Source: Candidatus Deferrimicrobiaceae bacterium (GTDB lineage: Bacteria; Desulfobacterota; Deferrimicrobia; Deferrimicrobiales; Deferrimicrobiaceae). From it: a stretch of DNA of 64,000 bases. The DNA lies in the NCBI GenBank assembly GCA_963792415.1, contig CAWBVY010000009.1, positions 64,001 through 128,000 on the forward strand, read 5' to 3'. Position 1 is the stretch's first letter. Each line of letters begins with the position of its first letter. The position numbers and the translations under genes are program-made. Below the pieces are notes generated by a model, which made no database searches, had not been told where the DNA came from, and saw only the letters and a list, made by a program, of their open reading frames with translations. This document shows positions 21,271-31,295 of this stretch, in pieces.

Positions 21271-23525
21271 GGAGCGGCCTCGGGCTCGAGGAGCATCGAC
21301 CCCTGCCCGGCCGGCGCCTCGACCGCCGCGAAGCCCGGGAGTCTCGCCTCGACGCGAGGGGGGACTCCCCTCCAGGAGCCGCCCCAACGCACCTCCGCCC
21401 GGCGGCCCCTGCGCACGATTTCCACGCGAACCTCGCCGAACGAGGTGGGCGCGGGACCGAGCGAGATCGGGCCTTCCATCTCCAGCCACTCAGGGAGAAT
21501 TCCCGACGCAAGGACCAGCCGCTCCTCCTCCTCCCGGACGAACATGTTCCGGATCATGAGGACCCATTCGGCGGACGCCCACGCGTGCTGTCCATCTCCC
21601 ATGCACCCCCCCCCTGTTCGGGGGTGCACCGCCTCCGGCCATTGCCCCGTTGGAGACGCCAGGTTCGCCACGGTGCGGACCAGTTCCCGAAAACGCCCGT
21701 CCCCGGCGCGGAGCAGGACCTGCGCCATGTGCAGGGTCAGGTACGGGTTGATCCCGGAGTGGATGATGTCCTGGTAGAACCCACCGTTCACCATGCAGTG
21801 GGAGAGGAGAAACTCCGTCGTGTCGAGGAGACGCGCGTCGTGCGGAGCGAAGATCCGCAGCGGATACCCGGCGGCCAGGGAGCCCACGGCTCCGGAGTCC
21901 AGCCGCCTGTGCGGCGACGCGGGCATCCCGGGCCTCCCCAGGCGCAGGGCGACGCGGGAGAGGCTTTTCTCCACGGCTTCGCGGAACTGCCCCGCCTCCT
22001 CCCGGAACGAGGAGGGGTCCGCATCCCCATCCGCCGGAGGAAGCAGCCGGGACGCCGCGTGAAGACCCGCGATCCCCCAGAAATCGTCCCAGTAGTAGTA
22101 GTCGTTAGGGCCAAGATGCTCAGCGCTGAAGCCTGCCGGGAGGAGCCCCGCCTGCAGCTTTTCGTCGTCGGCCGGCAAACGGTTTCTTCGGATCCAGCGC
22201 GCCCCCCTCTCGATCGAGCGCCTCCATTCCGGTTTCGCCGGACGGCCGGTGAGTTCACAGTAGCGCATCAGGGTCCAAAGCGCTTCCCCGTTGGAGTCCC
22301 ACTCGCCATCCTGCGAGTAGTACAGACCGGTGCGGGTCTGCCGCCGCGGGAACGTATCCAGGACCCTTTCCGCCCGATCCGCGAGGCCGAGACAGAGGAG
22401 GGCGTGGAGAATGAAGGACGCGTCCCGGAACCAGAAGCGCTTGTACGTGTAGGGCCCGGGGTAGACCTCCCCCGCCTGCGTGTGAAGGACGAGGTTGCGG
22501 ACGGCCGCATCGAACAGCGACTGCATCCGCTGCCCCGGCAGCCGGAGGGCGGCGACTCCCGACAGGGCACGGTCCCAGCCCGGTGATCCCCGGGAAGAGG
22601 TGCGCGCGCGCTCCTTCCTCTCCGCGGGGACCCGCACCACCGCCTGCCGTTCCCCGCCCCCGCCGATCTCGTACAGCGCCGCCGCCGTGGCCATCCCCAC
22701 GGCGCAGCGTACGCCGTCCCGCGCGTCGCGATCGAGAAGACGGGTATAGACGTCTCCGTTGTGGTAATCCGAGAAGGCGCACCGGTCCGGCGCGGGGTCG
22801 AAGAGCACGGCGTGGCGGTGGCCCACCCTCCAGCCGGCGCCCTGTCCGTCCGCATGGACCTCCTCCACGATGCTCACCCCTTCAGGATTGTACGGGCGAA
22901 GGGCTACCACGAGGTACGCGTCCGACGCGCTCCCCGCCCGGAGGGAGAGGACGCACTCCGGCGAGCCCCCCCGTTCCTCCACGCTCGTGCGCGACAGAAG
23001 CTCCATACCGTCGCATGCGCTGCGGGTCACTACCGAGATGCTGTCTCCCAACTCGAGGTGCTGGTCGACGGCCTGCAGCTTGGAGGGGATGAGGCGGCGC
23101 CCGTCCCTGGCCACAACCCACACGTCGAGCGACCAGCCGTCCCAGAACGGCGTCACCAGGCCTCTCGGATCCACTATGGGAAGCCAGTCGCGGTCCGGCA
23201 CCCCGATCGCGGTCCAGTTGCGATGCGTCAGATTGACGTGGGTGATCGAGAAGGCCCGCGGAATGAAGGCGTCGTCCGCCGGGTCGTACTGGCGCTCCAC
23301 CCAGAAAGGCCAGATCCAGTCCAGGTTGTGCTGGATGGCGCCGGTGTTGAGAAGGCCCCTGGCGTGGAAAACCAGGCCCGCCCGGATCAGTTCAAGCGGC
23401 ACCTTCCCCTCGAGCGGCTGCGCGAAGCTCTCCAGGCGGGAGAGCACCTTCACCGGGTCGATGAGCCCCCGGGCCCGAGCGGCGCGGCTTACGAGAAGCT
23501 TCCAGGGAAACCATCGCAACCACAT
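21267..23525 (-). CDS. six-hairpin glycosidase-like protein of unknown specificity
   Basis: Y..FWFRD, EWDSNG, YYWDDFW, WPE, D..H.W motifs; overlaps GT4 start. Confidence 0.7.
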   Translation of the reverse strand: MWLRWFPWKLLVSRAARARGLIDPVKVLSRLESFAQPLEGKVPLELIRAGLVFHARGLLNTGAIQHNLDWIWPFWVERQYDPADDAFIPRAFSITHVNLTHRNWTAIGVPDRDWLPIVDPRGLVTPFWDGWSLDVWVVARDGRRLIPSKLQAVDQHLELGDSISVVTRSACDGMELLSRTSVEERGGSPECVLSLRAGSASDAYLVVALRPYNPEGVSIVEEVHADGQGAGWRVGHRHAVLFDPAPDRCAFSDYHNGDVYTRLLDRDARDGVRCAVGMATAAALYEIGGGGERQAVVRVPAERKERARTSSRGSPGWDRALSGVAALRLPGQRMQSLFDAAVRNLVLHTQAGEVYPGPYTYKRFWFRDASFILHALLCLGLADRAERVLDTFPRRQTRTGLYYSQDGEWDSNGEALWTLMRYCELTGRPAKPEWRRSIERGARWIRRNRLPADDEKLQAGLLPAGFSAEHLGPNDYYYWDDFWGIAGLHAASRLLPPADGDADPSSFREEAGQFREAVEKSLSRVALRLGRPGMPASPHRRLDSGAVGSLAAGYPLRIFAPHDARLLDTTEFLLSHCMVNGGFYQDIIHSGINPYLTLHMAQVLLRAGDGRFRELVRTVANLASPTGQWPEAVHPRTGGGCMGDGQHAWASAEWVLMIRNMFVREEEERLVLASGILPEWLEMEGPISLGPAPTSFGEVRVEIVRRGRRAEVRWGGSWRGVPPRVEARLPGFAAVEAPAGQGSMLLEPEAAP

Positions 23526-23593
23526 GGCGCACCCCCCGAACCTTCATTATATCGCGGGGGCCCGCAAGGGTCGGAGCATTCCCGGAGCGTATC

Positions 23594-23636
23594 GAAAGGA
23601 TCGGCGGCGGGATGACGGTGGTCTCGAGGAGGAGAC
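23594..23636 (+). repeat. direct repeat, right copy (orphan prmA-like 3' end)
   Basis: GAAAGGATCGGCGGCGGGATGACGGTGGTCTCGAGGAGGAGAC vs 19926-19968. Confidence 0.85.
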
Positions 23637-24013
23637 TACAGGATGTACATTATCCTGATTTTTTCCTCGATCGAGACCCGGAGACCATGGTCCAGCCGGA
23701 GCACCTTTCGAACCGGCGGCAGATCGGGAATCACCCGGATCGAGAGAACGAGGATCCCCACCACCGAGAGGAACCCGAGAAGATTGAACGAGGCGTCGGC
23801 GTTCTCCCTCATCGGTTCGGATCGGACATAGTTCGGAGACGGTTTCGGAAGCTGCAAGGTCCCCATCACGTACGCACCCTGCCACATCAACCGCTCGGCA
23901 GGCACCGAGAATAGCACGCACCCATAGATCACCAGGAGGGCGGCGGCCACCACGGCTCTCCTGATAAAACTCTTCCTCTCGGCTTCGGCGTCGGGATCCA
24001 CGGTTTTCTCCAT
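23636..24013 (-). CDS. hypothetical 2-TM membrane protein
   Basis: GGAGG RBS before ATG 24013; two hydrophobic segments. Confidence 0.55.
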   Translation of the reverse strand: MEKTVDPDAEAERKSFIRRAVVAAALLVIYGCVLFSVPAERLMWQGAYVMGTLQLPKPSPNYVRSEPMRENADASFNLLGFLSVVGILVLSIRVIPDLPPVRKVLRLDHGLRVSIEEKIRIMYIL

Positions 24014-24070
24014 TTCCTCCCGGATATGCGACGGTTCTCCCATATTAGAGCGCTGTCCGACGAAAAAAGT

Positions 24071-24802
24071 TCAACCGCCAGGAAGAATCCGGCCCCCCGA
24101 AGCGAGGCAACCGCGCACCTTCTCCGCCAGGTCGGGGATATCCGCTTCCGTCTTTTCGCGAACATCGAGCGGCGGAAATACTTCGATGGAAATCACCCCT
24201 TTATGAAAGTGCCCCGATCCGCCGGGGGGGCAGACCTGCCGGGCGCCCTCGATCCGGACGGGGACGATCGGGAGACCCGCCTGGATCGCAAGGTGAAAAC
24301 CCCCCTTCTTCAGCGGGAGGAGTCTTCCGTCGTGGCTGACCCACCCTTCCGGGAAGATCATGATGGAGTTGTTCCCGGAGAGCCCCGAGATCGATCCGCC
24401 AATGGACGCCCTGGCCTGCTCCGTGTTCTCGCGGTCCACCATGATCTGGCCGAGGGACAGCAGCGCCCAACCGAATACGGGGATCCGGGCAAGTTCCTTC
24501 TTGAATACGCAGTGGAACGGCTGGGGGATGGCGATCGCCAATGCGAGAGGATCCGCGATGGAAGTGTGGTTCGCCATGAAGACGTATGGGCGTTGCGGAT
24601 CGATCTGTTCGAGCCCTCGCGGGACGACGCGCACCCGGAAGCCGGTAAACAGGACCCTGGAGTAGGTTTTCGCCAGCGGGCGGAAAAGACGCCCTTTACC
24701 GGTCAACCCCTTCCGGAAGAAACCGAGAAGGGTGAAGGGAGGCAGGAGGATGAGCGTGACCAGGCCGACGAATATCCACTGGAATATCGTCGTCGCTCTC
24801 AA
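24071..24802 (-). CDS. plsC: lysophospholipid acyltransferase
   Basis: NHTSIAD (HX4D), FPEG, K.G.F. Confidence 0.88.
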   Translation of the reverse strand: MRATTIFQWIFVGLVTLILLPPFTLLGFFRKGLTGKGRLFRPLAKTYSRVLFTGFRVRVVPRGLEQIDPQRPYVFMANHTSIADPLALAIAIPQPFHCVFKKELARIPVFGWALLSLGQIMVDRENTEQARASIGGSISGLSGNNSIMIFPEGWVSHDGRLLPLKKGGFHLAIQAGLPIVPVRIEGARQVCPPGGSGHFHKGVISIEVFPPLDVREKTEADIPDLAEKVRGCLASGGRILPGG

Positions 24803-24841
24803 CGGGCGGGAATCCCCGGATCCACGGTTATCTCTCCCACC

Positions 24842-25600
24842 TCACTGCATCGGCCGGATCCGCACTTCGGTCTCCTTCTGACTCCGGAGGAGTTCGACGA
24901 TCCTGCCGGTGTCGGTCTCGCCGAAATGGTACGGATAAAGGATCTTCGGGCGGAGCATGCGGGCGGCGTCGGCCGCCATCTCCGGGGTCATGGTATACGG
25001 GAGATTCATCGGAAGGAACGCGATGTCGACCCCGGCGAGTGCTTTCATCTCGGGGATGTTCTCCGTGTCGCCGGCCACGTAGACCCTCTTGTCCCCAAAG
25101 GTGAGCACGTAGCCGTTGCCGCGCCCCTTCGGGTGAAAGGGGACCCCGGGGCTGCGCTCGTGGACGAGATTATAGGCCGGGACGGCGAGCACCGGGATGC
25201 CGGGAGAATTCTTCCGGGCGCCGGGGAACACCTTCCGATCACCGTTCTTCAGGACCACGGCGCCGGGAATCTTTTCGGCGGCGGCCGGGTTCGCCGCCAC
25301 CACGGTCCGGTCGCCCCGGATGGACTGGATCGCCCCCAGGTCGAGATGATCGCCGTGTTCGTGGGTAACGATAAGGATGTCGGCCTTGGGGAGGGAACCG
25401 TAGTCAGCGACCTTGCCGTAGGGGTCGATGGCGATGGTCGTGCCGTCGAAGGAGAAGAGGAGGCTCCCGTGGCCCAGGAAGGTCACGGTGAGGTCGCCGG
25501 CCCCCGTCGGGATGATGTCGGTTTCGTGCGGTTCTTTCCCGAAAGCCGTTCCCGCCAGCAGGGTCGCGAGGAACAGAATTGCGAAATGCGATCCCTTCAT
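24842..25600 (-). CDS. secreted MBL-fold metallo-hydrolase
   Basis: Signal peptide; THEHGDH, YVAGDT, PYH. Confidence 0.88.
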   Translation of the reverse strand: MKGSHFAILFLATLLAGTAFGKEPHETDIIPTGAGDLTVTFLGHGSLLFSFDGTTIAIDPYGKVADYGSLPKADILIVTHEHGDHLDLGAIQSIRGDRTVVAANPAAAEKIPGAVVLKNGDRKVFPGARKNSPGIPVLAVPAYNLVHERSPGVPFHPKGRGNGYVLTFGDKRVYVAGDTENIPEMKALAGVDIAFLPMNLPYTMTPEMAADAARMLRPKILYPYHFGETDTGRIVELLRSQKETEVRIRPMQ

Positions 25601-25709
25601 CTTCGCCTCCACGCGGTGGTTGCGACTCCTTTGATAATATACATTAGGATCCGGATGATCCGGTCCGGAAGTCGCAGGGCCCCATCTCCCTTTTCGAGGA
25701 AGGAATCCG

Positions 25710-26882
25710 ATGAAGATCGTCGACATCCAGGAACGTACCGCGTCCATCGCCTCCCCGATCCGGAACGCGTACATCGACTTCAGCAGGATGACGGTATCGG
25801 TCGCGGCCGTCGTCACGGATGTGGTCCGGGACGGCAAGCCGGTCGTGGGATACGGTTTCAATTCGAACGGCAGGTACGCGCAGGGATCCCTGCTGCGGGA
25901 GAGGTTCATCCCCCGCGTTCGCGAGGTCGATCCCTCGGCGTACGTGTCCGGGACCGGGGACAACCTCGACCCCTTCCGGCTTTGGGACATCATGATGGCC
26001 AACGAAAAGCCGGGCGGCCACGGTGAGCGGTCGGTGGCCGTGGGGGTCATCGACATGGCCGTCTGGGACGCCGTGGCGAAAATCGAGCGGAAGCCGCTGT
26101 ACCGCCTGCTCGCCGACCGGTACAACGGGGGCGTCGCGGCGAGCCGGGTGTTCGTCTACGCCGCCGGAGGCTACTACTACCCCGGGAAAGGGAAACGGGA
26201 GTTGCTGGACGAAATGAGCCGCTACCTGGACGCCGGGTACCGGACGGTGAAGATGAAGATCGGAGGGGCCCCTCTTTCCGAGGATCTCGAAAGGATCGAG
26301 TCGGTCCTTTCCCTGGTGTCCGATGGAGACCGCCTCGCGGTCGACGCCAACGGCCGGTTCGACCTGGACACCGCGGTGCGTTACGGAGATGCGCTCGCGC
26401 CATACGGCCTGCGGTGGTACGAGGAACCCGGTGACCCCCTCGACTACCAACTTCACGCGGACCTCGCGGCCCGGTACAAAGGCCCCATCGCCACCGGTGA
26501 AAATCTTTTCTCCATGCAGGATGCGAGAAACCTGCTGCGACACGGGGGGCTCCGGAAGGACCGCGACATCCTCCAGATGGACCCGGTCCTCTCCTACGGC
26601 CTGGTGGAGTATCTCCGGATGCTCGAAATGCTGGTCGGGATGGGTTGGTCCCGCAACCGCTGCATCCCCCACGGCGGACACCAGTTCGCCCTCAACATCG
26701 CCGCCGGACTCGGACTGGGCGGCAACGAATCCTACCCGGAAATGTTCGCCCCGTTCGGTGGGTTCGGCGATAGCACCCCCGTGGAGAACGGGATGGTCGG
26801 CCTTCCGGAAATCCCGGGGGTCGGCTTCGAGGCCAAGTCGGCCCTGATCGACCGGATCCGCTCTCTCTTCGATCCGGTCTGA
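25710..26882 (+). CDS. tarD: D-tartrate dehydratase-like enolase-superfamily enzyme
   Basis: IRNAYIDF, GFNSNGRY, NEKPGGHGERS, KMKIG, HGGH, close to the B. japonicum TarD sequence as I recall it. Confidence 0.85.
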   Translation: MKIVDIQERTASIASPIRNAYIDFSRMTVSVAAVVTDVVRDGKPVVGYGFNSNGRYAQGSLLRERFIPRVREVDPSAYVSGTGDNLDPFRLWDIMMANEKPGGHGERSVAVGVIDMAVWDAVAKIERKPLYRLLADRYNGGVAASRVFVYAAGGYYYPGKGKRELLDEMSRYLDAGYRTVKMKIGGAPLSEDLERIESVLSLVSDGDRLAVDANGRFDLDTAVRYGDALAPYGLRWYEEPGDPLDYQLHADLAARYKGPIATGENLFSMQDARNLLRHGGLRKDRDILQMDPVLSYGLVEYLRMLEMLVGMGWSRNRCIPHGGHQFALNIAAGLGLGGNESYPEMFAPFGGFGDSTPVENGMVGLPEIPGVGFEAKSALIDRIRSLFDPV

Positions 26883-26919
26883 CGTTCAGGAAACCGGGGA
26901 GGACGGATCCCGGCCCGGT

Positions 26920-27111
26920 TCAGGCGGCTTTCTCTCGAGCCACCGAGCAGGCGGCCTGATAGATCTCCTCCACCTCGAACCAGTCGTCGGTATGCTCCTC
27001 TTTCACATGGCGCATCAGCGACTCGACGACGTTCTCGCCTGTCTTCCCCTCGATAACGAAATCACACGAAATCCCCAACTCCCTGCAACCGATCGAGGTA
27101 TTCATTTCCAA
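26920..27111 (-). CDS. DUF1059-like small metal-binding protein
   Basis: C.ELG..CDF.....T.E.V......H...EH. Confidence 0.75.
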   Translation of the reverse strand: MEMNTSIGCRELGISCDFVIEGKTGENVVESLMRHVKEEHTDDWFEVEEIYQAACSVAREKAA

Positions 27112-27376
27112 CCTCCCATCCTTGAGCCGGCTCGTCCCAAAACCACATTTTGTTCCTGCTTATAGGATATGCTCCGAACTCTTCGGAGTTTCGTCCGGCG
27201 GACAAGTCACCCGGATCTTCGTCGTCACGGATAGATCAAGGTGGTCCCGTGCCGCATTGGATCCGCGTCGACACGTCAAGCTGCCGCGGAAGGAATGAAG
27301 GGGGTAGAATCAAGAGGATTGGACGGGAACGGCCGGGGCTTGGCCGGCGGGTGTACCCTGTGGAGAGGACAGCGGC

Positions 27377-28723
27377 ATGACGGAACTCGACCTTGCACGC
27401 GCTCAGATGGCGATGCTGTTCGCCTTCCACATTCTCTTTGCCGTGGCCGGAATGGGGATGCCCGTCCTCATGGTGATCGCCGAGAGGGCGCACCTCCGGA
27501 CCCGGCACCCCGTCTACGCGGAACTCGCGCGGCGCTGGGCGAAGGGGACAGCGGTCCTCTTCGCGGTGGGCGCGGTCTCCGGAACCGTCCTGTCCTTCGA
27601 GCTGGGGCTGTTGTGGCCCAGGTTCATGGCGTTCGCCGGCGGGGTCATCGGGCTCCCCTTCGCACTGGAGGGATTCGCATTCTTCACCGAGGCGATCTTC
27701 CTCGGGATCTACCTGTACGGCTGGGACCGCGTCTCCCCGCGCCTCCACCTCGCATCCGGCGTTCTCGTGGCCATCGGGGGGATCCTCTCCGGGATCTTCG
27801 TCGTGACCGCCAACGCCTGGATGAACAGTCCGGCGGGCTTCACCCTTGCGGACGGGAGGCCGGTCGACGTTTCCCCCCTCGCGGCGATGCTGAACCCGGC
27901 CTCGGCGACGGAGACGATCCACATGACCCTCGCCGCCTTCGCCGCGTCCGGATTCGCGGTCGCGGGGATCCACGCGTTCCTCCTTCTGAGGGACCGGGAG
28001 AACCTGTTCCATCGGAAAGCCCTGGAGATCGCCCTCGCGGTCGGGTGCGCCGCCGCCGTGCTCCAGCCGCTCAGCGGCGACATGAGTGCGCGCTTCGTCG
28101 CGCGGAATCAGCCGGTGAAGCTCGCCGCGATGGAGGGGCAGTTCGAGACCGAGGACGGGGCGCCGCTTCGGATCGGGGGAATTCCCGACGTCGCATCGCG
28201 GACCACGCGGTACGCGATCGAGGTCCCGAAAGGCTTGAGCCTGCTGGCCTACCACGATCCCGACGCCCGGGTGCAGGGGCTCGCCGCATTCCCCCGGGAC
28301 GAATGGCCCGATCCCGTCCCGGTGCACCTCGCCTTCCAGGTGATGGTGGCCGGCGGCACGGCCATGGCTCTCCTCTCCGTCGCGGCGGCCTGGCTTTTCT
28401 GGAAGAAGCGGGAGGGTCTCTTCGGCCGCCGGTTCCTGATGGCCGTCGCCCTCTGCGGACCGGTCGGGCTCCTCTGCGTGGAGGCCGGGTGGGTCGTCAC
28501 CGAAATGGGCCGGCAGCCCTGGGCGATCCGGGGCGTCATGAGGACGGCGGAGGCGGTGACCCCCGTCGGGGGCCTTCTCCTCCCCTTCGCGTTCTTCTCG
28601 CTTCTCTACCTGGGCCTCGGGGCGGCCTCGGTCTGGCTGCTGCGGCGCGAAGTCGCCGCGAGCCCCTTCTTTCCCGCCGGCAGTCGTGCGGCGGACCCCC
28701 ACGGTACGGAAGGGAAGGAGTAG
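27377..28723 (+). CDS. cydA: cytochrome bd oxidase subunit I (short Q-loop)
   Basis: AFHI, EGFAFF.E, NAWM, QP.KLAAME, EAGW..TE.GRQPW. Confidence 0.95.
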   Translation: MTELDLARAQMAMLFAFHILFAVAGMGMPVLMVIAERAHLRTRHPVYAELARRWAKGTAVLFAVGAVSGTVLSFELGLLWPRFMAFAGGVIGLPFALEGFAFFTEAIFLGIYLYGWDRVSPRLHLASGVLVAIGGILSGIFVVTANAWMNSPAGFTLADGRPVDVSPLAAMLNPASATETIHMTLAAFAASGFAVAGIHAFLLLRDRENLFHRKALEIALAVGCAAAVLQPLSGDMSARFVARNQPVKLAAMEGQFETEDGAPLRIGGIPDVASRTTRYAIEVPKGLSLLAYHDPDARVQGLAAFPRDEWPDPVPVHLAFQVMVAGGTAMALLSVAAAWLFWKKREGLFGRRFLMAVALCGPVGLLCVEAGWVVTEMGRQPWAIRGVMRTAEAVTPVGGLLLPFAFFSLLYLGLGAASVWLLRREVAASPFFPAGSRAADPHGTEGKE

Positions 28724-28726
28724 GAC

Positions 28727-29749
28727 ATGCCGGATCCCGCAACGCTGTCGGCCGGATGCATCCTGGCATCCCTCGTTCTCTACGCGCTCTTCGGCGGCGC
28801 CGATTTCGGGGGAGGCGTCTGGGACCTGCTGGCGCGAAATCCGGGCGCGGCAGACCGGCGGCGACTCATCGCCAGCGCCATCGGGCCCGTGTGGGAGACC
28901 AACCACATCTGGCTCATCGTGGCCATCGTGATCCTCTTCACCGCGTTCCCCGCGGCGTTCGCCGTCGTCTGCACGGCCCTTTTCGTTCCGCTGACGATCG
29001 TTCTCGCCGGGATCGTCCTCCGCGGGGCGGCGTTCGCCTTCCACGCATACCGCCTCCACGAGGAGCGGGGGGCGGGACGGTGGGGGGCCGTCTTCGCCTC
29101 GGCCAGCCTCGTCACCCCGGTCTTCCTCGGGATCGTGTTCGGGGCAATCTCCTCCGGACGGATCCGGGCGACGGAACCGCTGGCGTTCACTGGGGACGTG
29201 ACGTTGTGGCTCTCCCCGTTCCCGGTCGTCATCGGGTTCCTCACGCTGGCCTCCTTCGCCTTCCTCGCCGCCGTCTACCTCATCCACGAAACGGATGACC
29301 CGGGATTGCGGGAGAAATTCCGCCGGGACTCCTTCCGGTCCGCCGCCGCGCTCGTCTTCCTCTCCGGGCTGACCCTGGCGCTGGCCGCCGTCGATGCGCC
29401 TGAATTCTTCCGTGCCCTCACGGGCGGGACCTGGTCGATACCGCTTCTCGCGGCGGAGATCGCGGCCGCCGCAGGGGCAATCACCTCTCTCGCGCTGCGC
29501 CGCTATCCGCTCGCGCGCGCCTGCGCCGCCGCGCAGGTATCCCTCCTTTTGATCGGATGGGGGATTGCCCAGTACCCGTATCTCGTCCGCCCGGACATCA
29601 CCGTATTCTCCGCGGCCGCATCCCCCGGGACGCTGCGGTTCCTGCTCGGGGCGCTCGCCGCGGGAGCCGTCCTCCTCTTCCCGGCGGTCTTCCTTCTCCT
29701 CCGGGTGTTCAAGTGGGAAGCGATCTCCGGAACTCCCCGCCGCCCATGA
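28727..29749 (+). CDS. cydB: cytochrome bd oxidase subunit II
   Basis: GADFGGG, IGPVWE.N..W, LRG.AF. Confidence 0.93.
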   Translation: MPDPATLSAGCILASLVLYALFGGADFGGGVWDLLARNPGAADRRRLIASAIGPVWETNHIWLIVAIVILFTAFPAAFAVVCTALFVPLTIVLAGIVLRGAAFAFHAYRLHEERGAGRWGAVFASASLVTPVFLGIVFGAISSGRIRATEPLAFTGDVTLWLSPFPVVIGFLTLASFAFLAAVYLIHETDDPGLREKFRRDSFRSAAALVFLSGLTLALAAVDAPEFFRALTGGTWSIPLLAAEIAAAAGAITSLALRRYPLARACAAAQVSLLLIGWGIAQYPYLVRPDITVFSAAASPGTLRFLLGALAAGAVLLFPAVFLLLRVFKWEAISGTPRRP

Positions 29750-30597
29750 TCCCGTATTTCCCGCAGCCCAAGCTCCACCTGTTCGGCCCGCTCACCGTCC
29801 ACGCCTTCGGGGCAATCGTCGCCGCGGCCGTCATCGTCGGCTGGCAAAGGGTCGTCGCCCGGACCCGCGCGAAGCGCCTGGACCCCGAACGCGTCCAGGA
29901 CCTCCTGTCGTATGTCGTCCTCTGCGGCTTCGTCGTCGCCCACCTCTACTCCGTCCTCGCCTATTTTCCTCGGGAGGCGATGCAAAACCCGCTCCTTCTC
30001 CTGAAGTTCTGGGAGGACATCAGCTCCTTCGGGGGATTCGTCGGGGGACTCCTCGGGCTCTGGCTCTTTTTCCGTTTCAGGGCGCGGGATGCCGACGCGA
30101 CGACCCGGTTGCGCTACCTGGACGTCATCGCGTACGTCTTCCCGTTCGCGTGGGCGATCGGGCGCATCGCCTGCACGGTCGCGCACGACCACCCCGGCAC
30201 GGTCACGACGTTCCCGTTGGGGATCAGCCTGGCATCCCCGGAGGCGCAGGCCTACATCGCTTTCTTCTACCGGGAGGCCGGCCGGCTGGCGGAACTGCCC
30301 CCTCCCGAGATCCTGTCGAAGATGGCGTTCCATGATCTTGGGTGGTACGAATTCCTCTACATGGCGTGCCTGATGGTCCCCGCCTTCCTTGCGCTTGACC
30401 GGAAACCGCGCCCGCCGGGGTTCTTCCTGGCCGCCTTCCTGCTCCTCTACATCCCGGCCCGCTTCTTCCTCGATTTCCTGCGGATCGGCGATGTCCGGTA
30501 CTTCGGGCTGACCCCCGGGCAGTACGCCGGGGTCGCGGTTTTCCTCGCCGCGCTCCTCTTCACGGTTCGCATTTCCCGCTGGAAAGAGAAGGAGTAG
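29746..30597 (+). CDS. Lgt-family (prolipoprotein diacylglyceryl transferase-like) paralog
   Basis: ISSFGG, D..A, AIGRIAC, H..G.YE, RF..DF.R, T.GQ. Confidence 0.75.
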   Translation: MIPYFPQPKLHLFGPLTVHAFGAIVAAAVIVGWQRVVARTRAKRLDPERVQDLLSYVVLCGFVVAHLYSVLAYFPREAMQNPLLLLKFWEDISSFGGFVGGLLGLWLFFRFRARDADATTRLRYLDVIAYVFPFAWAIGRIACTVAHDHPGTVTTFPLGISLASPEAQAYIAFFYREAGRLAELPPPEILSKMAFHDLGWYEFLYMACLMVPAFLALDRKPRPPGFFLAAFLLLYIPARFFLDFLRIGDVRYFGLTPGQYAGVAVFLAALLFTVRISRWKEKE

Positions 30598-30599
30598 CC

Positions 30600-31295
30600 A
30601 TGCCTGGAACGATCCACGCCGAGAAGCACTTCACCGCGTCGGAGTCCGTTCGCGACGTGGTCATCGGGATGGCGGACGGACTGACCGTCCCGTTCGCGCT
30701 GGCCGCAGGGTTGTCGGGCGCCGTGAGTTCCACCGGAGTGATCGTGGTCGCGGGGCTGGCCGAGATCGCCGCGGGTTCGATCGCGATGGGCCTGGGGGGA
30801 TACCTCGCGGCCCGGACCGACCGGGAGCACTACGCCTCGGAGCGCGCGCGGGAGTTCCGCGAAATCCGGGAGATGCCGGCGGCCGAGCGGCAGGAGGTCG
30901 CCGCCATCTTCCACGGGTACGGCCTGGACGACGAGCAGGCCGCCCCGGTGGTCACGGCCATCTGCTCCGATTCGGACCGGTGGGTGGATTTCATGATGCG
31001 GTACGAACTGGGGCTCGAAGCGCCCGACCCGGGAAGGGCCATGAAGAGCGCCGTGACGATCGGCCTGTCCTACGTCGTCGGGGGAATGGTCCCTCTCATC
31101 CCCTACATGACGACCGGGAACGTCCTCAAGGGCCTCGCGGTCTCCGCGGCGGTCACGCTGCTCGCCCTCTTCGCGTTCGGGGTCGTGAAGGGACGGCTCA
31201 CGGGGATCAGGCCGCTGCTCGGCGGTCTCCAGACGGTCGGCATCGGGGGGATCGCCGCGGCGGCGGCGTTCGGCATCGCGCGATGGATCTCGTAA
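30600..31295 (+). CDS. VIT1/CCC1 iron/manganese transporter
   Basis: RDVVIGMADGLTVPFAL, AEIAAG.IAMGLGGYL. Confidence 0.9.
   Translation: MPGTIHAEKHFTASESVRDVVIGMADGLTVPFALAAGLSGAVSSTGVIVVAGLAEIAAGSIAMGLGGYLAARTDREHYASERAREFREIREMPAAERQEVAAIFHGYGLDDEQAAPVVTAICSDSDRWVDFMMRYELGLEAPDPGRAMKSAVTIGLSYVVGGMVPLIPYMTTGNVLKGLAVSAAVTLLALFAFGVVKGRLTGIRPLLGGLQTVGIGGIAAAAAFGIARWIS

Noticed and set aside
24026-26026. Long antisense or alternate-frame ORFs (also 27236-29287, 31725-34151, 59658-61424 and many others)
   Set aside because: Shadows of real high-GC genes; Arg/Gly/Pro-rich with no domain motifs.
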